Assembly (NCBI GenBank): GCA_032718475.1
Contig: JAUCBJ010007966.1
Coordinates: 6,938-70,937 of the forward strand
DNA from: Nemertoderma westbladi
Lineage: Eukaryota > Animalia > Xenacoelomorpha
Reading direction: 5' to 3'
DNA length: 64,000 nt
Within the stretch, counting starts at the first letter, position 1, and each line of letters opens with the position of its first letter. Below are positions 61,736-64,000 of this stretch, piece after piece. A program made the position numbers and the translations under genes. Under the pieces are notes generated by a model. That model saw only the letters and a program-made list of their open reading frames with translations. It did no database searches and had not been told where the DNA came from.

Positions 61736-63048
61736 TTTATGCGATTATTCGCAACATTCATGTCCCCAAGTTTATTCCTACAGTAATTGTGCTTGTTATA
61801 CATACCGTTATAGTTAAACTAACCCCGATACTACATCAGGGCTGCTTGGCGTAGGTAAAGACTGACGACTTTGTGCTTCGGTCACTCCAGCAGATGCCGT
61901 GGTTCTTTTAACTGTTCAAGTATATTTAACTACTGATTATTTGTTATACCGGTACTTGTACCTAATTTAGGGTTTAGAGTACAGTGCCTTCCGAAGTAAT
62001 TAGTGTAGGCAGTATATTTGTGTTGTAAAGTGGTTGATAGGCACATTCGTTAGCTCTATTAACTTCTGGGTAGGAACAATCCGTGATACATAACGTAGTA
62101 CCTATAGCGATACGGTTATAGGTCGTCAGGCGGTGGTATTTTCCTATCTGGACAGTACAATATATTTACTACTACTTATTATTTCAAATACCGTAGTACC
62201 CTGTCCTTTGTAATAGCCAGAAATCTAACCCTTTGTTGGACTGGTTTGTAGACTTCCTGTAAAATTACCCTAAAAATTTCGTACGTAATATTTTGTTGTG
62301 TTTAATTAGAGAATTAATCTCACCCGTATCGTAAGTAATTTGTAGTATTAAGTAACTTAGGTAAATTAGAATTATCAGTTTTAGTGTCAAATAAATAGCA
62401 CTTCACTGAGAGGCGTTCAGCTTCTGTGTAGTGACTCCCCCAGAAATAATAACATTTATTTCAAATATTGACAAAAACCCATTTAAACGGGTATATAAAT
62501 ATTATAAATCAAATCAAACGATTTATAAATAGTAGGCCTGCCATACAACAACTAGGTCTCACTATCAGTTGGACTACTGCTTAAATAACGGTAATAAAGT
62601 AAGTTAAAGTAACTAAGTAACCCTAAAATATTCAGGAATTCAATTATTCTAAAAATAATTGACATACCGGTATTTACCATAGGCTTATTATATTTATTTC
62701 TATAAATTTGAGCTGAAACCATACCGGTACTCTGTAATTAAATCTAGTTCATAATTATACTTATATATACTATAAGTGTAAGCTGTATACCGGTATTCAA
62801 GATAGGCCTATTATATATTTATATATATTTGTGCTAAAATTATATACCGGTACTCTGTGACAAATCTAGTCTGTAATAATACTTATATATATATTATAAG
62901 CATACCGGTATTCTAATATATTATATATATATCACGCTACACTGAGTAGCAGTATCGGTAATTAATTATTAGGCTAACAGTGATACGGAATTACTAGACT
63001 TACTTTAACTGTATTTATAGCCGTAGGCATTCAACTGTGTAAACAAAC

Positions 63049-64000
63049 ATGTCAGATTCAACCAAATCACTGTCAGATAGTCTCTTAGAAAGTGTTAGAA
63101 TGAGTATTAGACTTAGACAGCGTATTAAAAGGATCCGTGACCAAGATCCAAGTATAGAACATCCTAGATCCAAGTCTAAGTCACCTACTATTGTAAGAAA
63201 GGCCATCCCTACAGTAGTAGTGTCAGACCCTAGGCTAGTAGAACAACGTAGGTCTATCATCGGCACTCGGGCCCAAGTCAAGCGGGATCAAGAAGCAGCT
63301 GTCAAGCAGCAGCAACATCCTAGCCAAGAACCTAGTTCTCAGCGGCCCGATAGCTCCAGTAGTTCGGATACTGTTGAGCGGACGCCCGAACGCAGAGCGA
63401 AGATGGCGGATATGGTTTATGATGAGCGGCCAACCTATGAAGAATCAACCGACGCCACCTCTTCTCAAGTGGAAAGCGAGGTGGAAAGCGAAGTGGAAAG
63501 CGAATTAACAGCAGCAGAGAAGCCGCGAACTAGAGACGCCATTGACATATATCTGTCAGACTATCAGCGATTCATAGGAGACGAAGAGTTGAGGAGACGA
63601 CTGTCTGGACTTCGCCCTAATAGTGAAGGAACCAAGCTTGTGTTGGACGCAATCGATGCGGAAATGTTAGCTGCAGAACAAGCTAAATGTGATGAAAAAC
63701 TCCGCCTCGTTAGAGTCCAAGAAGAACAAATAAAGAAAAGAAGGATAGAGGAACAAAAGGCGGCGGCTATGGCGGAGGCAAAGGCAGTGGCAGAAGCAGA
63801 AAGGAGAGCATTTGAGCAGACTGCTCAACTGGAGTTGGAGAATCTGCAAGAGACACAAGACAGTATAACTAAACAGTTTACTGCTAATCAAATGCAGATG
63901 ATGAGAAAATCTACTCCCAAGCGCCAGGGGTACACATCCTCGGAGGAAGGCGATACTACCGACCCTGAAGGCGGAGGAAATAGATCCCATCTAAGTAGAC
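63049..64000 (+). CDS. Open reading frame (>=317 codons, runs off the window); probable Gag N-terminus of a second LTR element
   Basis: ATG at 63049 (MSDSTKSLSDSLLESV...) with no stop to the window end. Low-complexity part, then a coiled coil (EEQIKKRRIEEQKAAAMAEAKAVAEAERRA). Absent from the ORF track because it has no stop. Gag identity is inferred from context only. Confidence 0.55.
   Translation, partial: MSDSTKSLSDSLLESVRMSIRLRQRIKRIRDQDPSIEHPRSKSKSPTIVRKAIPTVVVSDPRLVEQRRSIIGTRAQVKRDQEAAVKQQQHPSQEPSSQRPDSSSSSDTVERTPERRAKMADMVYDERPTYEESTDATSSQVESEVESEVESELTAAEKPRTRDAIDIYLSDYQRFIGDEELRRRLSGLRPNSEGTKLVLDAIDAEMLAAEQAKCDEKLRLVRVQEEQIKKRRIEEQKAAAMAEAKAVAEAERRAFEQTAQLELENLQETQDSITKQFTANQMQMMRKSTPKRQGYTSSEEGDTTDPEGGGNRSHLSR

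Overview
AT-rich eukaryotic (invertebrate animal-like) genomic DNA. It contains three host genes, all on the minus strand. (1) Four spliced exons of a MATCAP/KIAA0895-family tubulin carboxypeptidase; the intron after its HEIGTH...EEG exon is filled by a >16.7 kb satellite built from that exon's own 3' end plus splice donor. (2) An intronless 2512-aa LOXHD1-like protein with 17 PLAT repeats and an RFX/forkhead-like promoter. (3) A 4-exon gene (about 474 aa) of unknown function that the ORF track splits into pieces. Between them lie five further minisatellites (11, 16, 36, 46 and about 15 bp units), a foldback MITE with a 9-bp TSD and three RTE LINE copies. The right end is a TE cluster: a frameshifted two-ORF LINE, a 2.7-kb TIR element, and a Mag-like Gypsy element truncated in integrase by what is probably a second LTR element, whose ORF runs off the window. 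Exon structures were read by eye from splice sites and reading phase and have no transcript support.
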